A stretch of DNA of 37,033 nucleotides from Actinomycetes bacterium (GTDB lineage: Bacteria; Actinomycetota; Actinomycetes; JAKEEW01): NCBI GenBank assembly GCA_036257435.1, contig DATAFN010000233.1, positions 1-37,033 of the forward strand, given 5' to 3'. The notes beneath the pieces were generated by a model. It saw only the letters and a list, made by a program, of their open reading frames with translations. It ran no database searches and had not been told where the DNA came from. The first letter of the stretch is position 1. Each line of letters opens with the position of its first letter. Below, piece by piece: positions 36,955-37,033 of this stretch. The position numbers and the translations under genes were made by a program.

Positions 36955-37033
36955 CCCACCATTGTCCCGCGTCGAAGGGAAGGGTGATCAGCCGACCGGT
37001 TCGACCCGGGGATACCGCCGGTCAACGGTGATC

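Noticed and set aside
34183-36987. Multiple 150-384-aa ORFs on both strands overlapping the 941-aa FAD/Fe-S oxidase gene.
   Set aside because: All are low-complexity shadows. The 941-aa frame carries FAD-binding, 4Fe-4S and CCG motifs along its whole length.

Overview
This is a densely coding, high-GC chromosomal window of Actinomycetota type, with about 42 protein genes. I found no rRNA, tRNA, CRISPR array, IS element or integrase.

From about 22.5 kb down to position 1, almost everything is on the minus strand:
- purN-purH, an MfpA/Qnr-like pentapeptide-repeat protein, folD, a small citrate synthase, a DUF3017-like membrane protein, mdh and icd.
- A CNNM/CorC-type transporter, trpS, a 2H phosphoesterase and a SAM methyltransferase.
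- A purine/ureide catabolic super-locus: aceB, an uncharacterised HpcH/CitE-like protein, allB, alc, uraD-uraH-uox, XDH-type FAD and 2Fe-2S subunits, and an edge-truncated 8-oxoguanine-deaminase-like amidohydrolase. Two unrelated VapBC toxin-antitoxin modules punctuate this locus.

The right half carries:
- Four small membrane proteins (DUF2752, RDD, DUF4190 and an unknown anchored protein).
- A membrane Ser/Thr kinase sitting 11 nt behind sucCD.
- An IdeR orthologue divergent from a UdgX-type uracil-DNA glycosylase.
- A hotdog protein, an MFS exporter, pdxH, a second citrate synthase and a YdiJ-like FAD/Fe-S oxidase fusion.

I did not find a clear-cut new multi-gene system such as a defence island. 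The best leads are:
1. A VapBC module spliced in-line onto allB-alc, with phased ACATGT operators and a triple-hairpin insulator upstream.
2. The uncharacterised TIM-barrel-like gene between aceB and allB, in a locus that lacks a recognisable ureidoglycolate lyase.
3. An orphan MfpA-like gene translationally coupled to purH.
4. The membrane-protein quartet plus the kinase linked to sucCD.
5. Several small repeat or structure elements in intergenic spacers.

Many long ORFs in the supplied track are antisense or out-of-frame shadows, as expected at this GC content. All start codons are inferred by eye from Shine-Dalgarno (SD) spacing and family N-termini. All family assignments come from motif recognition, not database searches.
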